Sequence record: MN850636.1
Origin: Escherichia phage dune
Reading direction: 5' to 3' (one strand)
Length of the DNA stretch: 64,000 nucleotides
Shown here: one piece after another, positions 53,905 to 63,330 of the stretch
Layout of the letters: each line of letters opens with the position of its first letter
Position numbering within the stretch: the stretch's first letter is position 1
Made by a program: the position numbers and the translations under genes
Notes under the pieces: model-generated
What the model was told of the DNA's origin: nothing
Database searches by the model: none
The model's input: the letters and a program-made list of their open reading frames with translations, nothing else

Positions 53905-53981
53905 TCTCTGTTGGAGGACTTGAACCTCCGGCCTTACCGCCCCAAACGGAACGCTCTACCAAGCTGAGCTAAACAGAGATA
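53905..53981 (-). tRNA. tRNA-Pro (anticodon TGG)
   Basis: Perfect acceptor, canonical D-arm GCUCAGCUUGGUAGAGC, loop uuUGGgg. Confidence 0.75.
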
Positions 53982-54142
53982 AACTTTTCAAACTCTATGT
54001 AACCACTTTAACATTATTTTTTAGTGGTTGTCAAGAACTTTTTTAAAATATTTTTCAGTATCTTAGAAAAGCTCTCATTTCGTTTCTATGTAGAACATAT
54101 TAAAGGGTATTAAACACATTGTCAATACCCTTTTAAAACTTT

Positions 54143-55558
54143 TTACCAGATGTAACGGTCAATCATTACTGCTTTGAGCATTACACTGATTGGGTCAAAC
54201 TTCTCACCACCAAGCAGAGCTTTTAAAGTAGCTGGAGAGAAACCTGATACCATTGCTACACCGTTATCCTTAACAGATACTTCGCAAGTACCATTACGGT
54301 TTGCTAAGTACCAGAATACCAGTTGTGGCATCTTATATCCAGCTTTTTTGTACTTACTACGAATTTCTTCAAAGTTTGTACGACCGTTAGCTCCATCAAC
54401 CTGATTGAACTCCATATCGGAGAAGATGATAAGCTTACTTGGCATATCTTTCTGAGTCAAGTTGTTTCTTTTACCTGTTTCAAGAATGCGGTCAAAAGCT
54501 GCTTGTAAGTTAGTTGAGCCATATTCAACGTGTCGCATCACCTGACGATGACGGTTTCGTAAATCACCGCTCAGTTCGATGAAGTGAGGGTTTGTTGAAT
54601 AAACCATTAACTCATTCTTAAAGCAACCTGTATTGCGTTCTGCTACATACAAGGCAAGTGATACACCAATATCCAGAGCAGTAATGGAGCCAAAATTCAC
54701 CCAAGACATTGAACTTGATACATCAGACATACACAAGATGTTTTCACCTTCTGCCATCCAGTTTGGTAGTGCTTTCCACTGCTCATTAGCAACATCTGCA
54801 TTACCATACTTGACAGATTTAATCACATCGTATGGGTAAACAGCACCAGCGTTAATCTTAGTCTCACCTTTTGATAAGGACTCGATGTAAGCTTTGTAAC
54901 GCTCTCCATCTTTACGGTTAAACAGTTTTTGGTAACGTGCAGCAGCAAGTGAAGGAATCTTACTGTAGTCAATCTTACCAAACTCATTAGCAGAGATTTT
55001 TTGCTCAACTGTATCAGATAGTGCAGACAACAGTGTGCGGTACTCTTTCTCACTCAAGTTGGCAAACTTGCAGAAACGTTTTACAAACTGCTTATGACGT
55101 GGTTTGACTCGTGGTAACCACTTAGCCGCCAAACCTGCTGTTGCAGGGTCTAGTAATGCTGCTTCTAAATGTTTGAAGGCATCTGTCTCGAAACGAGTAC
55201 CTACGAAGATTTTGAAGTCATCAAAACGACCAAGTTCTGCAATCTTATCCATAATGCGAAGAACCTGCATAGACTCTAAAACTTTGTCTTCAATCGCTTG
55301 AAGCAAAACAGTTCTGAAGGCTTTACGCTCACCCATACCTTCTCGTACATCTCGCATATGCAGTAAAATACGAACTGCAACATCAACATCCTCACGCAAA
55401 GCTTTGTAGAACAGGTCTGGTAAGATTTCTACATTGCTACGGCTTGAACCAGCAGCTTTGTAAAAGTCCACAAGAGCAGACATTGATGAAGTATGGTTTA
55501 CAGCACCATTTTCAGTTCGACCTGCATGAAGGTGCGCATGTTTAAATAATTCGCTCAT
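54143..55558 (-). CDS. vWA-domain protein with MIDAS motif (alpha-helical N-domain + C-terminal vWA); TROVE/Ro60-like architecture possible
   Basis: 471 aa; DxSxS MIDAS in CMSDVSSSMSW, downstream LIIFSDMEF beta-strand/Asp; heads the tRNA operon on the same strand. Confidence 0.65.
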   Translation of the reverse strand: MSELFKHAHLHAGRTENGAVNHTSSMSALVDFYKAAGSSRSNVEILPDLFYKALREDVDVAVRILLHMRDVREGMGERKAFRTVLLQAIEDKVLESMQVLRIMDKIAELGRFDDFKIFVGTRFETDAFKHLEAALLDPATAGLAAKWLPRVKPRHKQFVKRFCKFANLSEKEYRTLLSALSDTVEQKISANEFGKIDYSKIPSLAAARYQKLFNRKDGERYKAYIESLSKGETKINAGAVYPYDVIKSVKYGNADVANEQWKALPNWMAEGENILCMSDVSSSMSWVNFGSITALDIGVSLALYVAERNTGCFKNELMVYSTNPHFIELSGDLRNRHRQVMRHVEYGSTNLQAAFDRILETGKRNNLTQKDMPSKLIIFSDMEFNQVDGANGRTNFEEIRSKYKKAGYKMPQLVFWYLANRNGTCEVSVKDNGVAMVSGFSPATLKALLGGEKFDPISVMLKAVMIDRYIW

Positions 55559-55639
55559 ATTTTACTCTCTTCTCTCATTTGTTGTTTGATGTGACAGACT
55601 TTAGAGCAACTTTGTAGAGTCTGTCAACACCTTTTAAAA

Positions 55640-56011
55640 TTATTTTTTGAGAGTCGCTACAGCAGAGAACGTTGGTTTGTTATCTGTCTGTGGCTGACCA
55701 CCATTATCAGGGGTTTTCTTAGTGTCTGCTGCAAGTGCTTTCATCTCACCTGCTGAGTGAGTAAAGATGGTTTTACCGACCTCAATCATACTCTTGATGG
55801 TTACGTCGTCTGTGTTTAACCCGAACTCTGCAAGCTTAGCAGCGTCCCTTGTAACAATCGCCTCAAACAGTTTTGCAGCAAACTCAGCAGAATTATCAAT
55901 GGTCAGTTGAGCTTTTACAAGTGAGCTTTTGTTACGAGAGCCTTTTGGTCTTCCAGATGGGTTTCCAGATTGGCCTTTTTTAAACTGGCCTTTGTTTGTT
56001 CTGTTTTTCAT
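55640..56011 (-). CDS. Hypothetical protein with N-terminal KGQSGNPSGRPKGSRN motif
   Basis: 123 aa; conserved GNPxGRPKG-type basic N-terminus. Confidence 0.5.
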   Translation of the reverse strand: MKNRTNKGQFKKGQSGNPSGRPKGSRNKSSLVKAQLTIDNSAEFAAKLFEAIVTRDAAKLAEFGLNTDDVTIKSMIEVGKTIFTHSAGEMKALAADTKKTPDNGGQPQTDNKPTFSAVATLKK

Positions 56012-56142
56012 TGGTATGCCTCTTATAAGACCTCTTAAAAGGCTTTTAAGATAAAAGATAGATATCCAGAAAGATATCTGTTTAAATAGCCTTTTTAGAG
56101 GAACCTTTTAAGTTATCTTCTAAGTATTTATAAGCCTACACC

Positions 56143-56170
56143 TTGTCAAGTACTTTGTCAACAACTTTTT
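56143..56170 (+). promoter_or_regulatory. Conserved motif ACACCTTGTCAAGTactTTGTCAAC (second copy of 13884 motif)
   Basis: Located in divergent intergenic region upstream of plus-strand block starting 56261. Confidence 0.4.
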
Positions 56171-56260
56171 TAACTTGCAATAGTTCTTGACTTGTTGTAT
56201 GGATTACTGTACCATCTTACTTAAAGCTGTAGGTCTGCCTTGTTCTACAAAGGAGACTTA

Positions 56261-56422
56261 ATGAGAAAATCAAATAAACCGAAGAAAGGTAAGAATACCA
56301 ATCACTGTAAGGAATCAAAAAGGGTAGAATTAATCTACTATTCGTCCTCTGAAATTGGTCTGTACCTGTTCTTTCAAAATTACAGAAGACAAGAGGATTA
56401 TCTATGTGTAGTTCCCAATTAG
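56261..56422 (+). CDS. Small hypothetical protein (53 aa)
   Basis: ATG 56261 preceded by AAGGAG RBS. Confidence 0.35.
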   Translation: MRKSNKPKKGKNTNHCKESKRVELIYYSSSEIGLYLFFQNYRRQEDYLCVVPN

Positions 56423-56637
56423 AAATCGCAGATATTATAGATTTATATCAAACTGCAAAGAGTCATGGCTATATAACCTCAATTGGAAAGAATAGTCACT
56501 ATGATGCTTTGACTGGAATGTATTTCAGGGCAATGGCTCAATCTAGTGAACAACACTTAATGGTTTCTTCCAGTGAGTTTACTTCGTTTCTCTATTGCAG
56601 CAAAATTATAAATCGCAGGAGAACTGAAAAATGTTAA
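56404..56637 (+). CDS. Hypothetical protein (77 aa)
   Basis: ORF track. Confidence 0.4.
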   Translation: MCSSQLEIADIIDLYQTAKSHGYITSIGKNSHYDALTGMYFRAMAQSSEQHLMVSSSEFTSFLYCSKIINRRRTEKC

Positions 56638-57221
56638 CAGTAAGTTTTAATTACAATAGTGATGGCTCTGTATCAATTAATTCGCCATATGCAAATGACC
56701 TACTTAAAGAGCTAGTCAATCAGTGTGATAGAGGTCTTCACTATGTTCAAAATTCTTTTAAACAGAAAACTATTGCTAATAACTTGATGCGTGTAACAGT
56801 GACGGCATCGAATCCAAATTATGACTTTGATAGTGAAAGTCCGTACTCATTAGTTGCGCTTGGAGAGAGCAGCCAATTCAAACTTGTTTGCCACGACTCA
56901 GAAACATTCCTTAAGGTATTTTCAAACCTTATCCATAATAATAAGTACAGCTACGTTGATGGTAGTGTAAACTTCTATCCAGCAAATTATACATGTTTGT
57001 TGGTTGATAATATGAGAAAAAGTAAGCAAGAGCCTACGGAAATTTCATTTGATGTGAACTCTAGTCCAGACGCAGAAACAAGTAAGAACTTTGATATGAG
57101 TTACGCATTGTCACTTAGTAAGAAATCCGAGTTCATTGATTATGTCAATGGATTTGGTTTTAAGTTTGATGAGAGTATGAATCTTAAAAAACTTAAGAAC
57201 CTACTTAAGACCAAAGCTTAA
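56631..57221 (+). CDS. Hypothetical protein (196 aa)
   Basis: ORF track. Confidence 0.5.
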   Translation: MLTVSFNYNSDGSVSINSPYANDLLKELVNQCDRGLHYVQNSFKQKTIANNLMRVTVTASNPNYDFDSESPYSLVALGESSQFKLVCHDSETFLKVFSNLIHNNKYSYVDGSVNFYPANYTCLLVDNMRKSKQEPTEISFDVNSSPDAETSKNFDMSYALSLSKKSEFIDYVNGFGFKFDESMNLKKLKNLLKTKA

Positions 57222-57231
57222 GTGTGAATAG

Positions 57232-57250
57232 GGGCTGATGCCCCTTTAAC
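57232..57250 (+). terminator. Putative rho-independent terminator (GGGGC-TGAT-GCCCC + TTT)
   Basis: GC-rich 5-bp stem; short T-run. Confidence 0.4.
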
Positions 57251-57268
57251 TATTTATAAGGATATTTA

Positions 57269-57640
57269 ATGAAAGCTAAGAGTGCAAAAGACTTTTATTG
57301 CTTCCTACAATCCTATATCAATTCCGTGCAAAATGGTGAAAGGTACAACCTTAATGATGTTATCCCAACACCTTTGACATGGAGACTCAGTAAATGGCCT
57401 GAAGAAGATATTACACCAACAAGCGAACAACGCACCTACAAACCTGAAATCAATATTCCAAACTCTGAGAATCTACTATATCCAATGTTCCATATTGTTG
57501 GTCTTGGAAGATTCCTTATGGATATCCAGTATGTAATTGGTAAAGGTTATAAGGTTAAAGGTATTGTTGTTGGTGATGTATCTCCACACCACAAAGGTTA
57601 TTTTAGACTAAACGCACATTTAGAGGCTAAAAAGAAATGA
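57269..57640 (+). CDS. Hypothetical protein (123 aa), paralog of N-terminal domain of downstream Ig-like protein
   Basis: Alignable by eye with residues 1-125 of 57637-58770 product (KxKxxxDFxxFxxxxIxxVxxGxRY... MDxQYxI). Confidence 0.5.
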   Translation: MKAKSAKDFYCFLQSYINSVQNGERYNLNDVIPTPLTWRLSKWPEEDITPTSEQRTYKPEINIPNSENLLYPMFHIVGLGRFLMDIQYVIGKGYKVKGIVVGDVSPHHKGYFRLNAHLEAKKK

Positions 57641-58770
57641 TTAAAGCAAAGACTTACCCAGACTTCAAAGAGTTTGTGAAGGGCTTCATTGCAAACGTAA
57701 AGGCTGGTAAGAGATATGATTTTAGAACATATCAAGAGGCTATTTTACCGCTTACCTACAGTTCGTATTGGCCTGAAGCTGATATTGCAGAAGTCGATGA
57801 GTTTGACTACAAACCAGACTACAAAGTTCCATTTAGTGATGAGTTGCTTTACAGCATTGGTGCTCAAATGAGAACTTCTGACTTCTTCATGGACTTACAA
57901 TATGCAATTATCAATGGTAAAGACGTTGACACAATTTATTGTGAATGGCTGGCAAGAGTTAAACCATTCTCAATGTTGAATGCTAAGTTGAAGGATGCTA
58001 TCAAGCCACCAGCAATCACTCAGCAACCAACCAATCAAACAGTAAATGAAGGTGGTACGCTTACCCTAAGTGTTATTGCAACGAATGCCACTGGATATCA
58101 ATGGAAAAAGGATGGAGAGGATATTCCTAGTGCCACCTCTGCAACTTATACAAAACAGTCCGTAGTACCTTCTGATGCTGGCTCATACACTTGTGTTGTA
58201 TCTGGAGAGGCTGGAACAAGTGTTACCTCAGATGCGGCAACAGTTGCTGTTAATGCACTGCCTGTGATTACACAGCAGCCTTCTGGTCAGACTGTCAATG
58301 AGGGTGGAAGCATTAACTTGGAAGTGACTGCAACAGGTGCGACAGGTTACCAGTGGAAGAAAGATGGCTCTGACATTCCTTCAGCTACAAATGCTACCTA
58401 TAGCAAGTCTGGTGCTCTGCCAGCAGATGCAGGCTCATATACTTGCGTTGTAACAGGTGCGGGTGGTGCAGTGACATCTAATGCTGCTGTAGTAACTGTG
58501 AACGCACTTCCAGTAATTACTCAACAGCCAACCAATCAAGAAATCAATGAAGGTGAGACCTTAACGCTGAATGTTGTGGCAACAGGTGCGACAGGTTACC
58601 AGTGGAAGAAAGGTGAGGAAGACATCCTCGATGCAACTACTGCAACTTACACCAAAGAAGGTGCGACCGCTGCTGATGCAGGAAGCTACACCTGTGTAGT
58701 TACTGGTGCAGGTGGCTCTGTAACATCTAATGCAGCAACAGTTACAGTTAACCCAGCAGGGGAGGCGTAA
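57637..58770 (+). CDS. Protein with three tandem immunoglobulin-like domains
   Basis: Three ~82-aa repeats ITQQPxNQxVNEGxxLxLxVxATGATGYQWKKDGxDIPxATxATYxKxxxxxADAGSYTCVVTGAGGxVTSNAAxVTVN. Confidence 0.7.
   Translation: MIKAKTYPDFKEFVKGFIANVKAGKRYDFRTYQEAILPLTYSSYWPEADIAEVDEFDYKPDYKVPFSDELLYSIGAQMRTSDFFMDLQYAIINGKDVDTIYCEWLARVKPFSMLNAKLKDAIKPPAITQQPTNQTVNEGGTLTLSVIATNATGYQWKKDGEDIPSATSATYTKQSVVPSDAGSYTCVVSGEAGTSVTSDAATVAVNALPVITQQPSGQTVNEGGSINLEVTATGATGYQWKKDGSDIPSATNATYSKSGALPADAGSYTCVVTGAGGAVTSNAAVVTVNALPVITQQPTNQEINEGETLTLNVVATGATGYQWKKGEEDILDATTATYTKEGATAADAGSYTCVVTGAGGSVTSNAATVTVNPAGEA
58003..58745 (+). repeat. Three tandem ~246-bp repeats encoding Ig-like domains
   Basis: Direct DNA repeats beginning cagca(a/g)cc...gtcaatga(a/g)ggtg. 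Confidence 0.7.
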
Positions 58771-59234
58771 TGCAACTCTCAAGAAAAGGTTTAGATGCTA
58801 TTAAGTTCTTCGAAGGTCTGGAGTTAGAGGCTTACGAAGATTCTGCCGGAATCCCAACAATCGGGTATGGGACAATCCGTATTGACGGAAAACCTGTTAA
58901 GATGGGTATGAAGATTACCGCTGAACAAGCTGAACAGTATCTTCTCGCAGATGTTGAAAAGTTTGTTGCAGCAGTGAACAAAGCCGTCAATGTTCCAACT
59001 TCTCAGAATGAGTTTGACGCACTTGTAAGTGAAACATACAACATTGGTATCACAGCTATGCAGGATTCCACATTTATCAAGCGCCACAATGCTGGTAATA
59101 AGGTGGGTTGTGCAGAAGCTATGCAGTGGTGGAACAAGGTTACAGTCAAAGGTAAGAAGGTCACTTCAAACGGACTGAAAAACAGACGTAGAATGGAAGC
59201 TGACATTTATCTTGACAGTGTATACCCAAAGTAA
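58770..59234 (+). CDS. Endolysin, T4-lysozyme-like (GH24) muramidase
   Basis: Catalytic-region motif FEGLELEAYEDSAGIPTIGYG; 154 aa. Confidence 0.85.
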   Translation: MQLSRKGLDAIKFFEGLELEAYEDSAGIPTIGYGTIRIDGKPVKMGMKITAEQAEQYLLADVEKFVAAVNKAVNVPTSQNEFDALVSETYNIGITAMQDSTFIKRHNAGNKVGCAEAMQWWNKVTVKGKKVTSNGLKNRRRMEADIYLDSVYPK

Positions 59235-59245
59235 TATCTTCATAG

Positions 59246-59268
59246 GCTCCTTCGGGAGCCTTTTTTAT
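59246..59268 (+). terminator. Rho-independent terminator (GGCTCC-TTCG-GGAGCC + T6)
   Basis: Perfect stem, tetraloop, T-run directly after endolysin stop. Confidence 0.6.
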
Positions 59269-59285
59269 TTTCTAAGGAGAAAACT

Positions 59286-59684
59286 ATGAAACTTTGGGCT
59301 AGTGACTTTGGGACTTTTAAGTACACTCGTAATGGCTCGCTTGTACGCATTGTCGGGAACAATGTGGTTTCAAGAGGTGACAAGGTATATACACGGTTTA
59401 CTGTAGAGCTTGTTGAACTGTCACCTATTGAGTCTGTGAACAATGGCCTGTTCAAGTTTGAGACTTACAATGTCAACGAACATGGACAATTCAACCCTCT
59501 CGGTGAAAGTGGACTTGATATTATTTCAGAGCACCCATTGACAAAAGAGCAACTTGCAAGTTATTATAAAACTGTTCTGGAAAGGCAGTTAGCAACACAT
59601 GAACAAGAAGCTAACTATCATTTACAACATTGCGAAGCTTTAAGAGCAAAAATCGAACAAGCAGAGAGAGGTTTCTATGAATAA
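59286..59684 (+). CDS. Hypothetical protein (132 aa)
   Basis: ORF track; AGGAGA RBS. Confidence 0.5.
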   Translation: MKLWASDFGTFKYTRNGSLVRIVGNNVVSRGDKVYTRFTVELVELSPIESVNNGLFKFETYNVNEHGQFNPLGESGLDIISEHPLTKEQLASYYKTVLERQLATHEQEANYHLQHCEALRAKIEQAERGFYE

Positions 59685-60066
59685 AGAGATTCAAGTAAAA
59701 GTTGACACTTTTGGCCATGATGGCCGTGAAGACGCTGGTCTTGCTGATGCAGTAATTTTTGAGTGTAATGGTAATATCAGCCTTCGTTTTACAGGCTCAG
59801 GTAGCACACTACGTAGGATGCGAGATGATGCAGATGGCTGCCCTGTATTTGGTTGGTATGACATGGAGTTCCCACTTTATGCAATCCATTATCCAGATGG
59901 TGGGGAAGATTGGACAACTCAATCAATCCGTGATGAGCTTAACGGTATTCCAGTTGAGCAAGAAGAGCAAGAGCCTGTTGAACTCACCTTCACTTTTATC
60001 AAAGAAGAGAAAGTTGGTGATTTGTCTGTAACTGAAGCAATTCAAGTCTCACAGGTTATTCGTTAA
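59677..60066 (+). CDS. Hypothetical protein (129 aa)
   Basis: ORF track. Confidence 0.5.
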   Translation: MNKEIQVKVDTFGHDGREDAGLADAVIFECNGNISLRFTGSGSTLRRMRDDADGCPVFGWYDMEFPLYAIHYPDGGEDWTTQSIRDELNGIPVEQEEQEPVELTFTFIKEEKVGDLSVTEAIQVSQVIR

Positions 60067-60359
60067 TGAGTAAAGTACAGGTTGTTTTCCCTATTTGTGA
60101 CTTCTCACTAGAGCGTGAACTTGACCTGTACGAAGAAATTACTGACGAAATCATCTGGTCTGTTGTAGAAGAGGCTATCAAGAAGCTGTATGGTGGCCTC
60201 TTAAACCCATCAAGTAAAAAGCTCAACACTAAACAAGTAGCTGATACGTACACTGCATACGATGCCTACAACAAGCCTTTTGAAAATACCTGCTTTGACC
60301 TTATGGTAGGTAATAATAAAGTCAACTATTTCTTCGTCAGAGAGTTTAACGATGAGTAA
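60066..60359 (+). CDS. Hypothetical protein (97 aa)
   Basis: ORF track. Confidence 0.45.
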   Translation: MSKVQVVFPICDFSLERELDLYEEITDEIIWSVVEEAIKKLYGGLLNPSSKKLNTKQVADTYTAYDAYNKPFENTCFDLMVGNNKVNYFFVREFNDE

Positions 60360-60696
60360 GCTCCATGTCACAGTGTACAAAAACTTCTCAGATATCAAAG
60401 AGTCTTTAACAAATAAGCTTGACTTACAACGTAAAAGACTCTTTTTAATGTACGATATAGACAACTACAACCATCCTAAAGAGTTCAACTACAAAGATGG
60501 TACAAAGGTTGTTGAGTTTGAAGATTCTGTGACGGTGTATGTCAAATATGACTTACCAGCAAAGTACATAGGGATGTTAGAGTATTACATATTCAAACAT
60601 ACAGGTATGCGTGGTGAAGCTGTCAAGATATCTTCTATAGAAGTTTTTGAGAAACCTAACACACAACTTAAAAAGTATTTAATGAGGAAACTGTAA
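60352..60696 (+). CDS. Hypothetical protein (114 aa)
   Basis: ORF track. Confidence 0.45.
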   Translation: MSKLHVTVYKNFSDIKESLTNKLDLQRKRLFLMYDIDNYNHPKEFNYKDGTKVVEFEDSVTVYVKYDLPAKYIGMLEYYIFKHTGMRGEAVKISSIEVFEKPNTQLKKYLMRKL

Positions 60697-61277
60697 TGTC
60701 CGAAGAGCAACAGGATATCATTCCACAAGTAACATTAGTCCAACATTTTGGAAACATTGAAGGGTGTGTTGCACTTTTTCAACCGAGTATCAATTCCCCT
60801 GCAAAAGTTTGCAAGTTGACTATGAATGTTAATAACATTAGTGTCTGCCTTGTTGATGAAGTCCAGTACTTCAAGTTTAATGACAGAGAGGTTGATGCTG
60901 CACTATTGAAGTACCGAGCAAGCCTAGAAAAAGACATCGACCACAAAGAACTTGTAACACTGTTTGGTGACCTTCACAAGCTTCTTGAAAAGGTTATTAA
61001 GCGCACATATTACATGAACAATGGTTCAATCATCACCACTTTGATTTCACCATGTATTTCAGAGCCAATTTTAACTGATGATGGTGGATACTACGTGGTA
61101 GCATCAGCAGATTCTGATTGGTGGATGAAGAACACAGCACTTAAAACAGTGATTGATGCTATCCGTGAACACATCCCTTCATTCAGCCCGTGGAAAGGTA
61201 AAAGTGATGATTTCATTGCACTATTGAGTGAAGAGAGTAACAAGCGCAGTGCATTACTGCCTAAAAAATACTCTTGA
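60696..61277 (+). CDS. Hypothetical protein (193 aa)
   Basis: ORF track. Confidence 0.5.
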   Translation: MSEEQQDIIPQVTLVQHFGNIEGCVALFQPSINSPAKVCKLTMNVNNISVCLVDEVQYFKFNDREVDAALLKYRASLEKDIDHKELVTLFGDLHKLLEKVIKRTYYMNNGSIITTLISPCISEPILTDDGGYYVVASADSDWWMKNTALKTVIDAIREHIPSFSPWKGKSDDFIALLSEESNKRSALLPKKYS

Positions 61278-61360
61278 CCGAGTATACAAAACTGATTATG
61301 ATGGGAGCTATCGAGAGGTAGTTCCCTTTTTAGTTTCTAGAGAAGAGACATGGTAAAAGA

Positions 61361-61579
61361 ATGAAAAAGTTAACTACAGTTGAAGATTACTACAAACTTT
61401 CCCTGTTAGAACAGTATCGCAGAAGCCAGAATATCAGAAAATGCTATGGTAAGTACGCTGAAGGCGATTTTTACCATTGCTATGATGCAGATTTAAAAGG
61501 CGTAACACCTAGAGGGAAAGTTCTGCAAAGATTTGTTGACCTTGAATGGAACAAACGATTGAGAGGGGTTGGGAAATGA
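61361..61579 (+). CDS. Hypothetical protein (72 aa)
   Basis: ORF track. Confidence 0.4.
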   Translation: MKKLTTVEDYYKLSLLEQYRRSQNIRKCYGKYAEGDFYHCYDADLKGVTPRGKVLQRFVDLEWNKRLRGVGK

Positions 61580-62079
61580 TTTACGAAGAAAGATACAAAA
61601 TAGATTACCAGAAGACTGGTCATCATGTCTCCCTAAGAGTAACAAAACCAAATGGAGATACCGGTATCATAGCACATTTTGGTGGTGATTACTGGTACGG
61701 TACAGGTTGCTTTGAAGGCTACAGTCAAGAATACTTGAAAGCTTTCTACAGAGACTTTACAAACGACTACAACAGAGTTGTTGACGAAAAGAATAAGTGT
61801 ATTAAGCATGAACACCATGCCAGAGGTTGCCTAAGTATTGTTATGGTACTGGCGTTCTTCTTAGCCATGTTACTGGCAGTATCAGCAATTAGCTGCATAG
61901 CTCAAGATTTGACAATTACACAGATTACTACAAAGATACATGATATCTGGTACTTGTATGCTGTTCCTTTAGCTGGTATCATCATCTCACTAATGAGGTT
62001 CAGAGTTCATAAGAAACGACTTAAGGGTTCTGAGGTTAAACTTGAAGAGGTAAGTAAAGAATGCAACCTACAATTATAG
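61546..62079 (+). CDS. Hypothetical membrane protein with two predicted TM helices
   Basis: Hydrophobic segments LSIVMVLAFFLAMLLAVSAISCIA and YLYAVPLAGIIISLM. Confidence 0.45.
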   Translation: MEQTIERGWEMIYEERYKIDYQKTGHHVSLRVTKPNGDTGIIAHFGGDYWYGTGCFEGYSQEYLKAFYRDFTNDYNRVVDEKNKCIKHEHHARGCLSIVMVLAFFLAMLLAVSAISCIAQDLTITQITTKIHDIWYLYAVPLAGIIISLMRFRVHKKRLKGSEVKLEEVSKECNLQL

Positions 62080-62155
62080 CTGTATGTGTTCGTTTTGCAA
62101 TCGCTGAAATGATTAACAAGGTAATCTTAAAAGATGCCTATGGAGAGACTAAGTA

Positions 62156-62380
62156 ATGATTAAGACACCTGTACCAATTTTTGGATTTCCTTCTATAGAA
62201 GAGTTCAAAGTTTATCTTGACAAAAACTTCTATAATGAGCAACCTGTAACGCTTCTGAAGAGTGACTTATCAGAACTTCTTGATATGGTTATCAAGGCAA
62301 CTTCTGAGAAGGAACCTGAGCAGAAAGCTGAGAAGAAGACTAGCAAGAAATCCGATAAGAAGACTGAAAAGTCTGAGTAG
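62156..62380 (+). CDS. Hypothetical protein with Lys/Glu-rich C-terminus (74 aa)
   Basis: ORF track. Confidence 0.4.
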   Translation: MIKTPVPIFGFPSIEEFKVYLDKNFYNEQPVTLLKSDLSELLDMVIKATSEKEPEQKAEKKTSKKSDKKTEKSE

Positions 62381-62434
62381 TAACTTGAGGGGGTTACTCG
62401 ATAGCCCCTTTGTAGAAACTTAGAAGGTAGCGAA

Positions 62435-62863
62435 ATGAAAGAGCATGTAGGTAAAGAGCTTGACATTGTAGATGCAAAGACACAGAGGTATATAGCTACT
62501 GTTAAGTTTCTTGGAATTAGTGATATGAGTGATGGTTATCCTCTCAACTGCATAGTACTAGACAAATTTAAGGTTTGTGGTATTAATTTTAATGAGGATA
62601 ACTTTATAAGCTTTGATAAGGACGGTTTCTGGCGTGGTAAGAGCCACCCTCAGGCAAATGAGTTTGATATGCGTCTAGTAATACCACAAAAAGGTAACCC
62701 ACAAAACGTAAAAGATATCCTTGTAGAAGCCTATGAAGAAGGTATAATTGATATTGTGCATGATGTTGAAAAAGCTTTAAAGCTTGTTATGCCACATTTA
62801 GAATCTGGAAAGCTGACTTTAGAGATGCTTAATAGGGTTATTCGGAGAGCTTATGAAGGTTAA
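62435..62863 (+). CDS. Hypothetical protein (142 aa)
   Basis: ORF track. Confidence 0.5.
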   Translation: MKEHVGKELDIVDAKTQRYIATVKFLGISDMSDGYPLNCIVLDKFKVCGINFNEDNFISFDKDGFWRGKSHPQANEFDMRLVIPQKGNPQNVKDILVEAYEEGIIDIVHDVEKALKLVMPHLESGKLTLEMLNRVIRRAYEG

Positions 62864-63317
62864 AGAGATAGTACAAAGAGCAATGCTTGACAACTCGACT
62901 AAAGATGAGATGTACACAGAAATCTGTGATAAGTTGAACTGTTCAAGACATGCTGCTAAGATTCTTGTACATTGTTTTATTTGGGAATGTTCAGAAGCTT
63001 ATATGAAACACGTAGCTTTTGAGAGTTCTCATTTACTCGGTGATGCAAAAATAGGTGTAGCACTAAAAGAGCCTGAGATGAAAACAGTACCTAAAGTTGG
63101 TAATGTGTATAAACTAAAAAATTTTATTACAGGCGAGATTGTTGCAGAAGGTGAAGTGCAACAGGTTTATCATGATGGTAAATATCTGTTTAAGATATTC
63201 GAGTATGATAGTCGTTACAGACACTTATGTGGGATTACATTTTTAGTTTCAGAAGATGACCTCATCAAGAACAATAGTAATAAATTCGCAGTACCAGAAT
63301 ATCAAGTTTTACGATAA
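62853..63317 (+). CDS. Hypothetical protein (154 aa)
   Basis: ORF track. Confidence 0.5.
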   Translation: MKVKEIVQRAMLDNSTKDEMYTEICDKLNCSRHAAKILVHCFIWECSEAYMKHVAFESSHLLGDAKIGVALKEPEMKTVPKVGNVYKLKNFITGEIVAEGEVQQVYHDGKYLFKIFEYDSRYRHLCGITFLVSEDDLIKNNSNKFAVPEYQVLR

Positions 63318-63330
63318 TGGTGTGATAGAT

